From positions 104,913-168,912 of the forward strand of contig JBQTIU010000022.1 of assembly GCA_052387815.1 (NCBI GenBank): 64,000 bases of DNA, given 5' to 3'. Shown here piece by piece: positions 20,201 through 28,800 of the stretch. A program made the position numbers and the translations under genes. This DNA is from Pseudomonadota bacterium. Lineage in GTDB: Bacteria > Pseudomonadota > Alphaproteobacteria > CACIAM-22H2. The notes below the pieces were generated by a model, which saw only the letters and a program-made list of their open reading frames with translations, searched no databases and was not told the DNA's origin. The number at the start of each line of letters is the position of its first letter. The stretch's first letter is position 1.

Positions 20201-20358
20201 TCGGCTGGGTGATCATCGGCGGCGTCTCGGTGGCGACCGTCCTCACCAGCTTCGTCGTCCCGGCGCTCTATCTGCTGCTCGCCGGCTTCACCCGGCCGAT
20301 CAACTCGGTGGCCCTGCGGCTCGCCGCCATCGAGCGCGGCCGCGCTGCCGCCGAATAG
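17248..20358 (+). CDS. RND family efflux permease (AcrB/HAE1-like)
   Basis: 1036 aa, 12-TM RND architecture with two large periplasmic loops. Confidence 0.9.
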   Translation: MILSDVSIKRPVFASVISLMLVVLGLGSYLRLPVREYPAIDPPIVSVVTVYKGASNEVMEGRVTELIEAAVAGIEGVKTMTSSSREERSQVTIEFRLDRGIDAAAADVRDRVARIAARLPEGADLPVVTKVDSDARAIVWFTLTSDRMSQMQLTDYARRYLVDRMSIVPGVASVFISGERRYSMRVWIDRQALAARSLTVEDVEQAIKRQNVELPGGRIESRAREFTVKTDSRLATPEEFAAVIVVNRAGYHVRLGEVASVEVGPEDERGELRANSQTAIGLGVLRQSTANTLSVAEGVKAEMDRIRASMPPEISVLIGYDESVFIQESIREVIHALMVGVGLVIGVIFLFLRSVWATVIPAISIPVAIIAALTVIWSLGFSINVLTLLALVLAIGIVVDDAIVVLENVHRRIELGEPPLLAAMLGSRQIAFAVIASTLTLISVFVPISFMEGNTGRLFGEFGLALAAAVLFSGVVALSLTPMMCSKLLKTHDEEGWLYRKTEIVFIGLNRGYRFLLAGALKAPLIVLAGAVAVSGFAYMLWNVLPKEFTPVEDRGVIILPVTAPEGASLAYTREQVIQLERIVAPLVEQGQAYVIMANIAPGFQRPAPVNSALVFVRLKPWDQRTRKQQDMTQEIFPKVLAVPGARAFAVNPPSLGQRGFQPPIQFVIGGSDYTTLRAWRDRIIERAGRDRRFLNLDSNFRENKPELRVKIDRNKAADLGVSIDQVGKTLEIMFGSREVNTYVDRGEEYKVIVQARSEDRATPADLASIFVRSNSTGQLIPLSNLVFLAEAAGPQELNRVDRLRSITISASLAPGFPISDALETLERVVAEELPPEVRIGYQGQSREYKESSSSLYVTFGLALVIVFLVLAAQFESWIHPFIIMLAVPLAVTGGLLALFLIGISLNVYSQIGMILLIGLMTKNGILIVEFANQLRDQGKDIPEAVLEAAVIRLRPILMTSISTVAGAVPLVIAVGAGAESRASIGWVIIGGVSVATVLTSFVVPALYLLLAGFTRPINSVALRLAAIERGRAAAE

Positions 20359-20461
20359 GGCGGCTGGGGCTGCCTGGGGCCGGCCCGGGCATTGACGACT
20401 AACGCCGTGATTCGCCATACACATCGCGTTGATCTAATATTTTCGGTATCCTCATATTAGA

Positions 20462-20827
20462 TTGGCAATGAAGCCTTGCCCCATGGATATAGCCGACCTC
20501 GAACGCAGTGCTCTCAAGGCCAGCGCCCTCCTCAAGGCGATGGCCAACCAGCGGCGCCTCCTCATCCTGTGCTTTCTCGCCGACGGGGAAAGATCGGTGG
20601 GCGAACTGGAGGGACTCGTGGGTCTCCGCCAATCGGCGCTGTCCCAGCACCTGGCGCGCCTGCGCCGCGACGGCCTGGTCACCACCCGCCGGGTGGCGCA
20701 GACGATTTACTACTCGCTGGCAGGCCGCGAGCCGCAGGCGGTCATCGAAACGCTGTACGCGCTCTATTGCGAGCCCGTGAAGGCCCCGCTCCCTCCCGCC
20801 GCTCGCACGCCGGAGGTCGAAGCCTGA
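20462..20827 (+). CDS. ArsR/SmtB family transcriptional regulator
   Basis: 121 aa; NQRRLLIL ... ELSVGEL ... RQSALSQHLARLR winged-HTH signature. Confidence 0.8.
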   Translation: MAMKPCPMDIADLERSALKASALLKAMANQRRLLILCFLADGERSVGELEGLVGLRQSALSQHLARLRRDGLVTTRRVAQTIYYSLAGREPQAVIETLYALYCEPVKAPLPPAARTPEVEA

Positions 20828-20832
20828 GAGCC

Positions 20833-20848
20833 GGTCCGGTTTTTTTTG
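20833..20848 (+). terminator. possible intrinsic terminator after the ArsR gene (short GC stem followed by a T8 run)
   Basis: ccggtccgg followed by tttttttt; an 8-T run is conspicuous in a genome of this GC content. Confidence 0.3.
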
Positions 20849-20973
20849 TTAACCCATTGTAAACGCTAAATTTTGTATGTGATTCCGGTCACTTACGGCG
20901 GCCGAGAAAGGGGGTAATGTGCCTCGCAGTTGGCGCTGGGACTGCCCGGCGCTGGCGGTAAGGAGCGAGGAAC

Positions 20974-21162
20974 ATGACCAGCACCTTGGAGGCCCGCGAG
21001 CTCTACGGCGGCGGCGAGTTGCCGGATGCGGTTATGGATGAATTGCGAGCGCGGGTGGAGACCTACGAGTCGTCCGAGCCGCCTGGCGGGCCGCATGACT
21101 CGCGGCCGGTGCTGTGGCTTGCCGGCACGCTGCGCCGCATGCTGGGCTGCCGGTCCATGTAG
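20974..21162 (+). CDS. small hypothetical protein (62 aa)
   Basis: AAGGAG Shine-Dalgarno 8 nt upstream of the ATG; non-biased composition; a REP-like hairpin lies immediately downstream. Confidence 0.35.
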   Translation: MTSTLEARELYGGGELPDAVMDELRARVETYESSEPPGGPHDSRPVLWLAGTLRRMLGCRSM

Positions 21163-21178
21163 GGTTTATAACTCGCCC

Positions 21179-21204
21179 GGGCGGGTCGTCAGACCCGCCC
21201 CTAC
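21179..21204. repeat. REP-like palindromic element (GGGCGGGTC-N4-GACCCGCCCCTAC)
   Basis: 9-bp perfect inverted repeat with a 4-nt loop; the same motif recurs twice near 63.6 kb. Confidence 0.6.
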
Positions 21205-21311
21205 AAGCCGCCCCCGCCTTGCGAGCGGAGGCGACGTGCTTTTGCGCCCTTGCTTTGCCGCCAGGCCGGCATGCGCCTATAATCGGAGGGATCGTTTTCA
21301 AAGAGGTCGAT

Positions 21312-21926
21312 ATGCGCCGGGCCATCTCGACGGCGTTGCGTTTGGCGTTGCTGGTCGCCCCGGCCCTGACCTTGCACCCTGTGGCGGCGAGCGCGCAGAG
21401 CGTCGATCCGAGCGGACCGGGCCAGCTGCGCAGCACGGCTTATGCGGACATGCCGGCCGGCCTTGCCATCGCGGTGCGGCCGCTCGACAACTCGCCCACC
21501 AATTTGCGCCTCAAGTCGAGCTTCATCTCGGCGCTCGGTCGCCGCGCGCTGGGTGTCAAGGAACCGCCGGCCCGACTGGTCCTCAATTTCGAAACCGAGG
21601 TCCAGCAAACCGGCCGGCGCGCCGACGGCCCCTCGCTCGGCGAGGTGCGGGGCGACCGGCACGACCAGGAGGTTCGCCTCAACGTGTGGTCGACGACGCG
21701 GGACAGCTTGCTGCTCGGCCGGCAGAGCCAGGGCACGGGCGCGACCGGGGTGCGCTACGTTCTTACCGCCACGCTCGACGAGTCGGGCGGCCGGCGCCTG
21801 TGGCAAGGCGAGGTCAGCTATGACGGCGGGCCGCCGGACGAATTTTCCGCCCTCTCCGCCCTGGTCCCGATTTTGGTGGACGAAATCGGCAACACCGTTC
21901 GCCACCGCGGTTTCCGCCTCGAATGA
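21312..21926 (+). CDS. secreted or periplasmic hypothetical protein
   Basis: 204 aa from the internal ATG; signal peptide with an ASA-QS cleavage-site-like motif; translationally coupled (ATGA) to the macro-domain gene. Confidence 0.55.
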   Translation: MRRAISTALRLALLVAPALTLHPVAASAQSVDPSGPGQLRSTAYADMPAGLAIAVRPLDNSPTNLRLKSSFISALGRRALGVKEPPARLVLNFETEVQQTGRRADGPSLGEVRGDRHDQEVRLNVWSTTRDSLLLGRQSQGTGATGVRYVLTATLDESGGRRLWQGEVSYDGGPPDEFSALSALVPILVDEIGNTVRHRGFRLE

Positions 21927-22459
21927 ACCCGGCGGCGATCCCGTCGATGCGGGCGGAGCAGGGCGACATCACGCGCTTCGCTGGCGATGCCATCGTCAAT
22001 GCGGCCAACGAAACCCTGCTTGGCGGCGGCGGGGTCGACGGCGCCATCCATCGCGCTGCCGGGCCCCAACTCCGGGCGGAGTGCCGGACGCTCGGCGGCT
22101 GCCCGACCGGCGAGGCCCGCATCACGCGCGGCTACCGGCTCGAGGCGAAATACGTCATCCACACCGTCGGCCCGGTGTGGCGCGGCGGCGGACACGGCGA
22201 GGACGGACTGCTGGGGTCCTGCTATCGAAACTGCCTGGCCCTGGCCCGCCGGCATGACGTGAGGAGCCTCGCCTTCCCGGCCATCAGCACCGGCGTCTAT
22301 CGCTTTCCGCTCGAGCGTGCGACGCGCATCGCGCTCGAAACGATCGCCGCCGAGCTCGCGGCAAACCCGGATTTGAGCGTCACCTTCGTCTGTTTCGACG
22401 CATCGACCCTTGCCACCTACCGCGCCGTTCTCGCCGACCTCCACTCGGCACGGGCTTAA
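21923..22459 (+). CDS. macro domain protein (O-acetyl-ADP-ribose deacetylase, YmdB/MacroD-like)
   Basis: [22 protein letters not shown] and a second glycine-rich segment ([12 protein letters not shown]) typical of macro domains. Confidence 0.85.
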   Translation: MNPAAIPSMRAEQGDITRFAGDAIVNAANETLLGGGGVDGAIHRAAGPQLRAECRTLGGCPTGEARITRGYRLEAKYVIHTVGPVWRGGGHGEDGLLGSCYRNCLALARRHDVRSLAFPAISTGVYRFPLERATRIALETIAAELAANPDLSVTFVCFDASTLATYRAVLADLHSARA

Positions 22460-22773
22460 AGGCTGGTGTAGCTGAGCCCCGCGATGCCGGCGACGATCAG
22501 CGCGATGCAGACGATGCGGGTGAGCGTTCCCGGCTCGTCGAAGAACAGGATGCCGAGCGTGGCGATGCCCGCCGCCCCGACGCCGGTCCAGATTGCATAG
22601 GCGGTGCCCATCGGGATCGTCCGCACCGCCTGGGCGAGAAAGACGAGGCTCGCCGCCATCGACGCCAGCATACCGAGCATCGGCCATGGGCGGGTGAGCC
22701 CGTGCGACAATTTGAGCCCCACCATCCAGCCGATCTCGGCGCCGCCGGCGAGCGCCAGGTAGACCCAGGCCAT
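22456..22773 (-). CDS. sugE: SMR family small multidrug resistance efflux protein (SugE/EmrE-like)
   Basis: 105 aa, four TM helices, conserved membrane-embedded Glu ([10 protein letters not shown]). Confidence 0.8.
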   Translation of the reverse strand: MAWVYLALAGGAEIGWMVGLKLSHGLTRPWPMLGMLASMAASLVFLAQAVRTIPMGTAYAIWTGVGAAGIATLGILFFDEPGTLTRIVCIALIVAGIAGLSYTSL

Positions 22774-22782
22774 GCGAGCGAG

Positions 22783-23460
22783 TCAGGCCGGGCCCACCGA
22801 CTCGCGCTCACCGGCGCGCATCCACTTGCCGAGGATGCAGCCGTAGAGCCGGTCGGCCTCGGCGAGCCGCCGGGCGAGCCAGGCGCGCGTGGTCGTCTGG
22901 CCGGGCGAGGAATCGCTGGCCCACACCGCCACCGTCGCCACGAACAGCCAGGTGAGAGCGATCTCCTCGAGCTGGCGGCGCGGCGGCGGCGCGTCGATGA
23001 GCGCCGCCTCGCGCACCCACTGGACCGTGCGCGATAGCCGGAACACCAACGCCGCAAGGTGGTGCGGATGGCCGGGATAGAGTTTGCCGAGCAGCATCCG
23101 GCCGGTAAGCTTGCGGTGGGCCCCGAGCGCATCGAGCCAGCGCAGGATCGCGTGCGCGATTCGCTCCGCGGCCGGCAATTGCGCATAGCCGGCCTCGGGG
23201 GTCGCCAGCATCGCCCGGTCGGCGACCGACAGCCAGGCCTCCGCGACCGCGTCGGCGTCGCGGAAATGGCCGTAGACGTCGGCGAGCGACAAGCCGAGGC
23301 CGGCGGCGACCCGATTGAGGCGCAGCGCGTCCCAGCCGACGCGCTCGGCCTCGACGAGGGCCGCATGCATGATCTTGTCCTTGGGCTCGGCCGCCGCGGG
23401 CGGTGTGCGCGGGCCGGCCCGGCGGGGCTTGCGGGGCATGGCCGGCCATGGTAGCCGCAA
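22783..23460 (-). CDS. TetR family transcriptional regulator
   Basis: N-terminal HTH (LRLNRVAAGLGLSLADVYGHF); immediately upstream of sugE on the same strand. Confidence 0.7.
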   Translation of the reverse strand: MRLPWPAMPRKPRRAGPRTPPAAAEPKDKIMHAALVEAERVGWDALRLNRVAAGLGLSLADVYGHFRDADAVAEAWLSVADRAMLATPEAGYAQLPAAERIAHAILRWLDALGAHRKLTGRMLLGKLYPGHPHHLAALVFRLSRTVQWVREAALIDAPPPRRQLEEIALTWLFVATVAVWASDSSPGQTTTRAWLARRLAEADRLYGCILGKWMRAGERESVGPA

Positions 23461-23595
23461 GCGGCGGCGCTGTCAGCAGGCGCGAAAGGCCGGCGCGTGG
23501 CGAGGGCCGGAACTCGCCAGGCGGTCCGTATCGGCGTATAGTCTGCGAGTCGGGCGGCGGGGCATTGTGCCGCCGCCCTAACCCCTCGGGAACCG

Positions 23596-24453
23596 ATGCC
23601 GGCCATTCGCCTCGGTCTTCTTCGGCTGCTTGCGGTCGCCGTCATGGCGCTCTCGCCCGCCGTGGCGCTGGCCGTCGAGGTCGACCTCGAGCTGGTGCTG
23701 GCGGTCGACGTCTCGCGCAGCATCGACGGCGATGAATACGCGCTCCAGAAACAGGGCTACGCCGAGGCCTTCGCTCACCCGGCGGTGATTCGCGCCATCC
23801 AGTCGAACCCGCTCCGGCAGATCGCGGTCACTGTGGTCGAATGGGGCGGATCCGATTTCCAGAAGGTGGTCGTTCCGTGGACGGTGCTGTCCGACGAGGA
23901 GAGCGGCACGCTGTTCGGAGAGGCGATCATGCGCGCCCCGCGCTCGTTCTGGGGGTGGACCTCGATCAGCGGCGCGATCGATTTCTCGGCGAAGCTGTTC
24001 GGGGCCGCCGGCCTCAAGGGGACGCGGCGGGTGATCGACGTCTCGGGCGACGGCATCAACAACAGCGGCCGGCCGGCGGAACTGGCCCGCGACGAAGCGG
24101 TCAAGGCCGGGATCGTCATCAACGGGCTGGTGATCATGAATGATCGGCCGACCCCGGGCGTGATGCCGCGACCGCAGCCGCCGCTCGACGATTACTTTCG
24201 CGGCTCCGTGATCGGCGGACCGGGCGCCTTCGTCATCGCGATCGAGGATTTCACGACCTTCGCCTATGCGATCGTCAACAAGCTGATCAAGGAGATCGCT
24301 GGCCATCCCCCGGCCACTGCGCACGCCGGGCTGGTGCGCGGGGTGGGGAATTCGTCATCCGCCGGCGCGCCGGCCACGAGCTTCGGGGACGAACGCGAAG
24401 GTTCAGAATTGTTGGTCCTTGAGCGACCGGAACAGAACCATCCCGGTCAATGA
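23596..24453 (+). CDS. DUF1194 / vWA-like secreted protein
   Basis: Signal peptide; a MIDAS-like DVSRSIDGDE segment followed by DVSGDGINNSG. Confidence 0.65.
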   Translation: MPAIRLGLLRLLAVAVMALSPAVALAVEVDLELVLAVDVSRSIDGDEYALQKQGYAEAFAHPAVIRAIQSNPLRQIAVTVVEWGGSDFQKVVVPWTVLSDEESGTLFGEAIMRAPRSFWGWTSISGAIDFSAKLFGAAGLKGTRRVIDVSGDGINNSGRPAELARDEAVKAGIVINGLVIMNDRPTPGVMPRPQPPLDDYFRGSVIGGPGAFVIAIEDFTTFAYAIVNKLIKEIAGHPPATAHAGLVRGVGNSSSAGAPATSFGDEREGSELLVLERPEQNHPGQ

Positions 24454-24624
24454 CTCGCAGGATAGGGTCTTCAGCGTCGAGGGGTCGTCGACCCGCCCCA
24501 AACGGGCGTAATCGATGTCGTCGACGAGCTTGAACAGCGCCTTCACTTCCCAGACGATCTTCGGCGTTTCCGCCTGGACGTAGCGCTGCCCCACGGCGAC
24601 GGGCTTTCTATTGTTCAACGGCAT
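24403..24624 (-). CDS. small hypothetical protein (73 aa); questionable
   Basis: Ordinary composition and a GGAGG close to the ATG, but it overlaps the DUF1194 3' end by 50 nt and contains a palindrome. Confidence 0.3.
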   Translation of the reverse strand: MPLNNRKPVAVGQRYVQAETPKIVWEVKALFKLVDDIDYARLGRVDDPSTLKTLSCESLTGMVLFRSLKDQQF

Positions 24625-24858
24625 CTCCCTCCGTCGTCCTTGCCGAACGAGCCCTGGCGCGGGCGCGCCCTTGTGCCCCGCGGGCTGGCCGATATTGTGA
24701 TTGCAGACCGAAAAGATACCGCCAAAGATAAAGGGCCAAGACGATTTTGCAAGGGACGGCAATGACGGGAAGCCGGATGGCGATGCGTGTCACGGGACCG
24801 ATGCCGGTTTCGATCGCCTCCGGCGCGCCGGCCGACCCAGCGCTCGGCCGTTAGGCCC

Positions 24859-25551
24859 ATGGCGCTCGTCGAAACCGTCGGCCTCGCCCGCGAGTACCGG
24901 ATCGGCGCCTTGACCGTGCGGGCCTTGCGCGCCGTCACGGTATCGATCGAGGCCGGCGAGTTCGTGGCCGTGATCGGGCCCTCGGGCTCGGGCAAGTCGA
25001 CGTTCCTCAACCTGGTCGGCTGCCTCGATACGCCGAGTGCCGGCGCCTACCGGTTCGACGGCGCCGACGTCTCCGGCCTGGATGGCGATGCGCGCGCCCG
25101 CATCCGCAACCGCAAGATCGGGTTCGTGTTCCAGACCTTCAACCTGCTGGCGCGCGCCAGTGCCGCGGGAAACGTCGAGCTGCCGCTCATCTACGCCGGC
25201 CTTGCGGCGGGCGCCCGCCGCCGACGGGCGCACGCTTCGCTCGCCGCGGTCGGCCTTCTCGATCGCGCCCGGCATCGGCCCTCGCAACTCTCCGGCGGGC
25301 AGCAACAGCGCGTCGCCATCGCCCGGGCGCTGGTGAGCGACCCCATCCTGATCCTCGCCGACGAACCGACCGGCGCCCTCGATACGGCGACCGGCCAGGA
25401 AATCCTCGACATCTTCGACGCGCTCAACCGCCGGGGAATCACCATCGTCATGGTGACCCACGAGGCCGAAATCGCCCGCCGAGCGCGGCGCATCCTCACC
25501 TTCCGCGACGGCCTGGTGACCGGCGACGACCGGTTTCAAGGTGCGCCATGA
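24859..25551 (+). CDS. ABC transporter ATP-binding protein, MacB/LolD/FtsE type (orphan)
   Basis: Walker [13 protein letters not shown] signature [10 protein letters not shown], Walker [10 protein letters not shown]; no cognate permease adjacent. Confidence 0.85.
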   Translation: MALVETVGLAREYRIGALTVRALRAVTVSIEAGEFVAVIGPSGSGKSTFLNLVGCLDTPSAGAYRFDGADVSGLDGDARARIRNRKIGFVFQTFNLLARASAAGNVELPLIYAGLAAGARRRRAHASLAAVGLLDRARHRPSQLSGGQQQRVAIARALVSDPILILADEPTGALDTATGQEILDIFDALNRRGITIVMVTHEAEIARRARRILTFRDGLVTGDDRFQGAP

Positions 25552-25678
25552 GGTTCCCAGCCCCGGCGACCTCCATCCGACTATCGGGACAGGCCCTAAG
25601 ACCCAAGCAGCGAGTCGCTCGGGGGCGCGCACCGAGCAAGAGGCGGTTGCCCGGGGGCGATCGTAGCTTTTTCCGCCC

Positions 25679-25966
25679 GTGCCGATAACCATGGCCCCCG
25701 CATTTCGCGTTCCCGAACGGCGTGGTAAGGTCGCGTCGATCCGATACGGACAATCGCCGATGACGATCGACGGGCGCTTCATCACGACGGCGGGACTCGA
25801 GCTCCAAGGCATCCGCCTTTCGCCCGGGCGCGCGGACGAGCTCGCCCGCGAGGTGGACCGCCTCAACCGGGTCTGCCTCGGCGCCGCCCGACGGTTCGGC
25901 GTCGACCGCGATCCGTCGGAGTTCCTGTCGCTGCTGGTCGAACTGAGCTGCAAACGGACAGGCTGA
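25679..25966 (+). CDS. small protein, possible GatC/AtzG-like partner subunit of the downstream amidase (alternative starts at 25691 and 25760 give 91 or 68 aa)
   Basis: Ends 1 nt before the amidase start; the I-x3-A-x-L-x-L-x-LS...GVDxDP pattern resembles GatC; the first ATG start is uncertain. Confidence 0.4.
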   Translation: MPITMAPAFRVPERRGKVASIRYGQSPMTIDGRFITTAGLELQGIRLSPGRADELAREVDRLNRVCLGAARRFGVDRDPSEFLSLLVELSCKRTG

Positions 25967-25967
25967 C

Positions 25968-27380
25968 TTGGCCGCGGCCCTCACGCATCTGTCGCTGGCT
26001 GAGATTTCGGAGGCGATCGGCCGGCGAGAGGTGACATCGCTCGAGGTGACGAGCGCGTGTCTCGAGCGGCTCGAAGCCGTGCAGCCGCGGATCGGTTGCT
26101 TCATCGCCGTCGAGGCCGATGCGGCGCTAGCCGCGGCCCGCGCGGCGGATGCTGAAATAGCCGCCGGCAGGCGGCGCGGCAAGCTGCACGGCGTCCCCGT
26201 TGCCTGCAAGGACATCTTCGATCGCCGGGGCCGGGCAACGACGGGCGGTGCGAAGGTCTATGCCGACCGCCTCGCCACCGCGACCGCGACGGTCATCGAA
26301 CGGCTGGATGCCGCCGGCGCGGTCCGCCTCGGAACCCTCAACCTCGACGAATTCGCGGCCGGGGCGACCGGCGACAACCCGCATTTCGGACGTTGTCGCA
26401 ACCCCTGGAATACCGGTCATATCGCCGGCGGATCGTCGGGCGGCGCGGCGGCCGCGGTCGCGGCGCGGGCGGTCTATGCCGCGCTCGGCTCGGACACCGG
26501 CGGCTCGCTGCGTTTGCCGGCCGCCTGCTGCGGCGTGAGTGCCCTCAAGCCGACCTATGGCCGCGTCAGCCGGTTTGGCGTCTTCGCACGTGCCCGGTCG
26601 TTCGACAGCATCGGTCCGGCCGCCCGCACGGCGCAGGACTGCGCCATCGTGCTCGGCGCGATTGCCGGGCGCGATGGGCGCGATGCGACCACGGCGGACC
26701 TGCCGGTGCCCGATTACGCGGCCCTCCGCCGGGCCGATCTCGGCGGCCTTGCCATCGGCGTGGCGACGCGCCAGTTCGTTACGGCCGGCGACCCGGCAAT
26801 CCTCGACCGGCTTGCCGAGGCGGCAAAGGTTTTCCGCGAGCTCGGCGCGCGCCTCGTCGATATCGAACTCGCCGAGATCGAGCTCATGACCGATCTCCAC
26901 CAGATCATCGTCAAATGCGAGGCGGCGAGCCTCCACGGGCGAGTCATCCGGGAGCGACCGGACGATGTATCGCTCGCCACAAAAAGCGTGATCGAGGAAG
27001 GCTTCTTCATTCCGGCGGGCCGATATATCGACGCGCTCGCCCTGCGGCCGGCGCTGCTCGCCGCCTTCCTCGACAAGACCTTCGCCGGGCTCGATGCCGT
27101 CATGACTCCGGTCCTCGCGGCACCCGTGCCGACGATCGCCGAGACCGACCTCGCGGTTGCGGCCGCCATCTCCCGCTTTTTCGCCGATGTGGCCCGCGCC
27201 CTGCGCTTCGTCAATTATCTCGGTCTGCCGGCCCTCGCGCTGCCCTGCGGCTTCGCCGCCAACGGACTCCCGCTCGGATTCCAGCTCGTCGCTCGCCCCT
27301 TCCACGAAGCCACGTTGTTCGCGCTCGGCGCGGCCTACCAGGCGGCTACGACCTGGCACACGGCGGCCCCACCGCGCTAG
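25968..27380 (+). CDS. amidase signature (AS) family enzyme, GatA-like
   Basis: 470 aa; Ser-cisSer-Lys elements present (VPVACKDIF Lys, GGSSGGAAAA nucleophile region); TTG start. Confidence 0.9.
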   Translation: MAAALTHLSLAEISEAIGRREVTSLEVTSACLERLEAVQPRIGCFIAVEADAALAAARAADAEIAAGRRRGKLHGVPVACKDIFDRRGRATTGGAKVYADRLATATATVIERLDAAGAVRLGTLNLDEFAAGATGDNPHFGRCRNPWNTGHIAGGSSGGAAAAVAARAVYAALGSDTGGSLRLPAACCGVSALKPTYGRVSRFGVFARARSFDSIGPAARTAQDCAIVLGAIAGRDGRDATTADLPVPDYAALRRADLGGLAIGVATRQFVTAGDPAILDRLAEAAKVFRELGARLVDIELAEIELMTDLHQIIVKCEAASLHGRVIRERPDDVSLATKSVIEEGFFIPAGRYIDALALRPALLAAFLDKTFAGLDAVMTPVLAAPVPTIAETDLAVAAAISRFFADVARALRFVNYLGLPALALPCGFAANGLPLGFQLVARPFHEATLFALGAAYQAATTWHTAAPPR

Positions 27381-28762
27381 GACGCGAGGCGCGCCGCGGC
27401 GCGCCGTCGCGCGGCGGCCGCGCCCGCCGCCTCGCCGAGCCGTGCCAGGACATCGCCATAGAGGGTCCAGGTCCACGGGCTGTTCGGCTTCAGCCGGGTC
27501 CGTTCGGCGAGAAGGGCGCGGGCCAGGGCGAGGCGCCCGGATCTGACGGTCGCCAGGAGCAGCATCCTTTGGCAAACGTCCCGCTGGGCATGGCTGCCTC
27601 CGATCCGGTAAATCTCGTATCTGATGGGGAGCAAGAGGTCGACGGTCCGCGAGAAATCGCCTGAGCGGAAGGCGAGGATGGCCGCGAGCAGCGGCAGGCC
27701 GACCTCGGCCAGGACCGCGGTCTCGGTGTTATCGGGGTCTTTCGGCAAGGCTTCGATCGATTCAAGCGCCGATCGAGCCGCCTCGATGCGATGGTCGGCC
27801 GCCAGCGCCATGACGAAGTGCGCGTCGGCGAAGGCGAGCAGGTGCTCGGTCGCTCTGGTCTCGGACTTATCGGCCAATTCCCGCCAGCGTTCGCCCACAT
27901 CCACGCCGTCGTCCTCGAGTCGCCACAGCAGGGAGACGCCATTGCTGATGTCGAGGTATTCGTTCGACTGGTCGGCGCGGATGCGACGGTCATAAAGCGA
28001 CAGGACATCGTCGTACTGCCCCAGTTCCAAGTGGAACAACGCCCGGTGCCACCACACATGGTAGGCGAAGTTGTTGCAAGCGGACCAATGCGGCTCGAGC
28101 GCGGCGAGCCATTCGATGCCCTCGCGGTGCCGGCCCTGCATTTCCATGACATGGGCGACTGCATGGACGGCCCAGATGTCGGCCGGATTGATCGCCACCG
28201 CCCGGCGACCGAACGCCTCGGCGGCGCCCCAATCGCCGCTTTCCTCCAATCCGAACGCATACGCGCCGAGGATGAAGCCGTAGCCGGGCACGCCCTCGTC
28301 CCACGCCGGCAACACGCGCGCGATCGAGTCCCGCATGCGCGCGGCATGGCCGAGATAGAAATGGGCGAAATGCGCCAGCCTTATCGCCATGACGTCGCGC
28401 GGGTCGTCGATCAGGATATCGTCCCAGAGTTCCGCGGCGCGCCGCAAATTGCCCGCGCACCAGGCCCCGAGCGCCGCGATGTGTCGGCGCTCCCGGGGCT
28501 GTGCGCCGCCGGCCGCCGCGCGCTCCGCCGCCGCCAGCGCCCGCGCCGCTTTGGGCTCGAGGCCCGCGTCGGCGAACAGTTTGAAGAAGTAGCCGCGCAC
28601 GCACAGCGCCATCGCCATGTCGGGGTCGAGCGCCAAAGCCCGCTTGAGCCGCGGTCCGGTGTCGCGGCCGAAACCGAGGTAGTCGGTGACCGCGGCATCG
28701 AGGTGACGCGCGGCCTCCGGGCTGGTCGTCGATACCGGCAGGCCCCACTGATCGTTGACCAT
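27377..28762 (-). CDS. tetratricopeptide repeat protein, TTC38-like
   Basis: N-terminal WGLPVSTTSPEAARHLDAAV segment typical of TTC38 homologues, with TPR-like helical repeats throughout. Confidence 0.65.
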   Translation of the reverse strand: MVNDQWGLPVSTTSPEAARHLDAAVTDYLGFGRDTGPRLKRALALDPDMAMALCVRGYFFKLFADAGLEPKAARALAAAERAAAGGAQPRERRHIAALGAWCAGNLRRAAELWDDILIDDPRDVMAIRLAHFAHFYLGHAARMRDSIARVLPAWDEGVPGYGFILGAYAFGLEESGDWGAAEAFGRRAVAINPADIWAVHAVAHVMEMQGRHREGIEWLAALEPHWSACNNFAYHVWWHRALFHLELGQYDDVLSLYDRRIRADQSNEYLDISNGVSLLWRLEDDGVDVGERWRELADKSETRATEHLLAFADAHFVMALAADHRIEAARSALESIEALPKDPDNTETAVLAEVGLPLLAAILAFRSGDFSRTVDLLLPIRYEIYRIGGSHAQRDVCQRMLLLATVRSGRLALARALLAERTRLKPNSPWTWTLYGDVLARLGEAAGAAAARRRAAARLAS

Positions 28763-28800
28763 ATCGATATTCCAATCGTTCGGACCACCGATCGCACAAA

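Noticed and set aside
18880-20424. 514-aa minus-strand ORF
   Set aside because: It is antisense to the RND permease and has a D/R/G/E-rich low-complexity translation.
22497-23723. 408-aa minus-strand ORF spanning sugE and tetR
   Set aside because: It is an alternate frame over two well-supported genes; the translation is A/R/S/P-rich with no motifs.
24486-24506. GAGGGGTCGTCGACCCGCCCC palindrome
   Set aside because: It resembles the REP consensus only partly and lies inside a candidate small ORF; a weak 6-bp stem.
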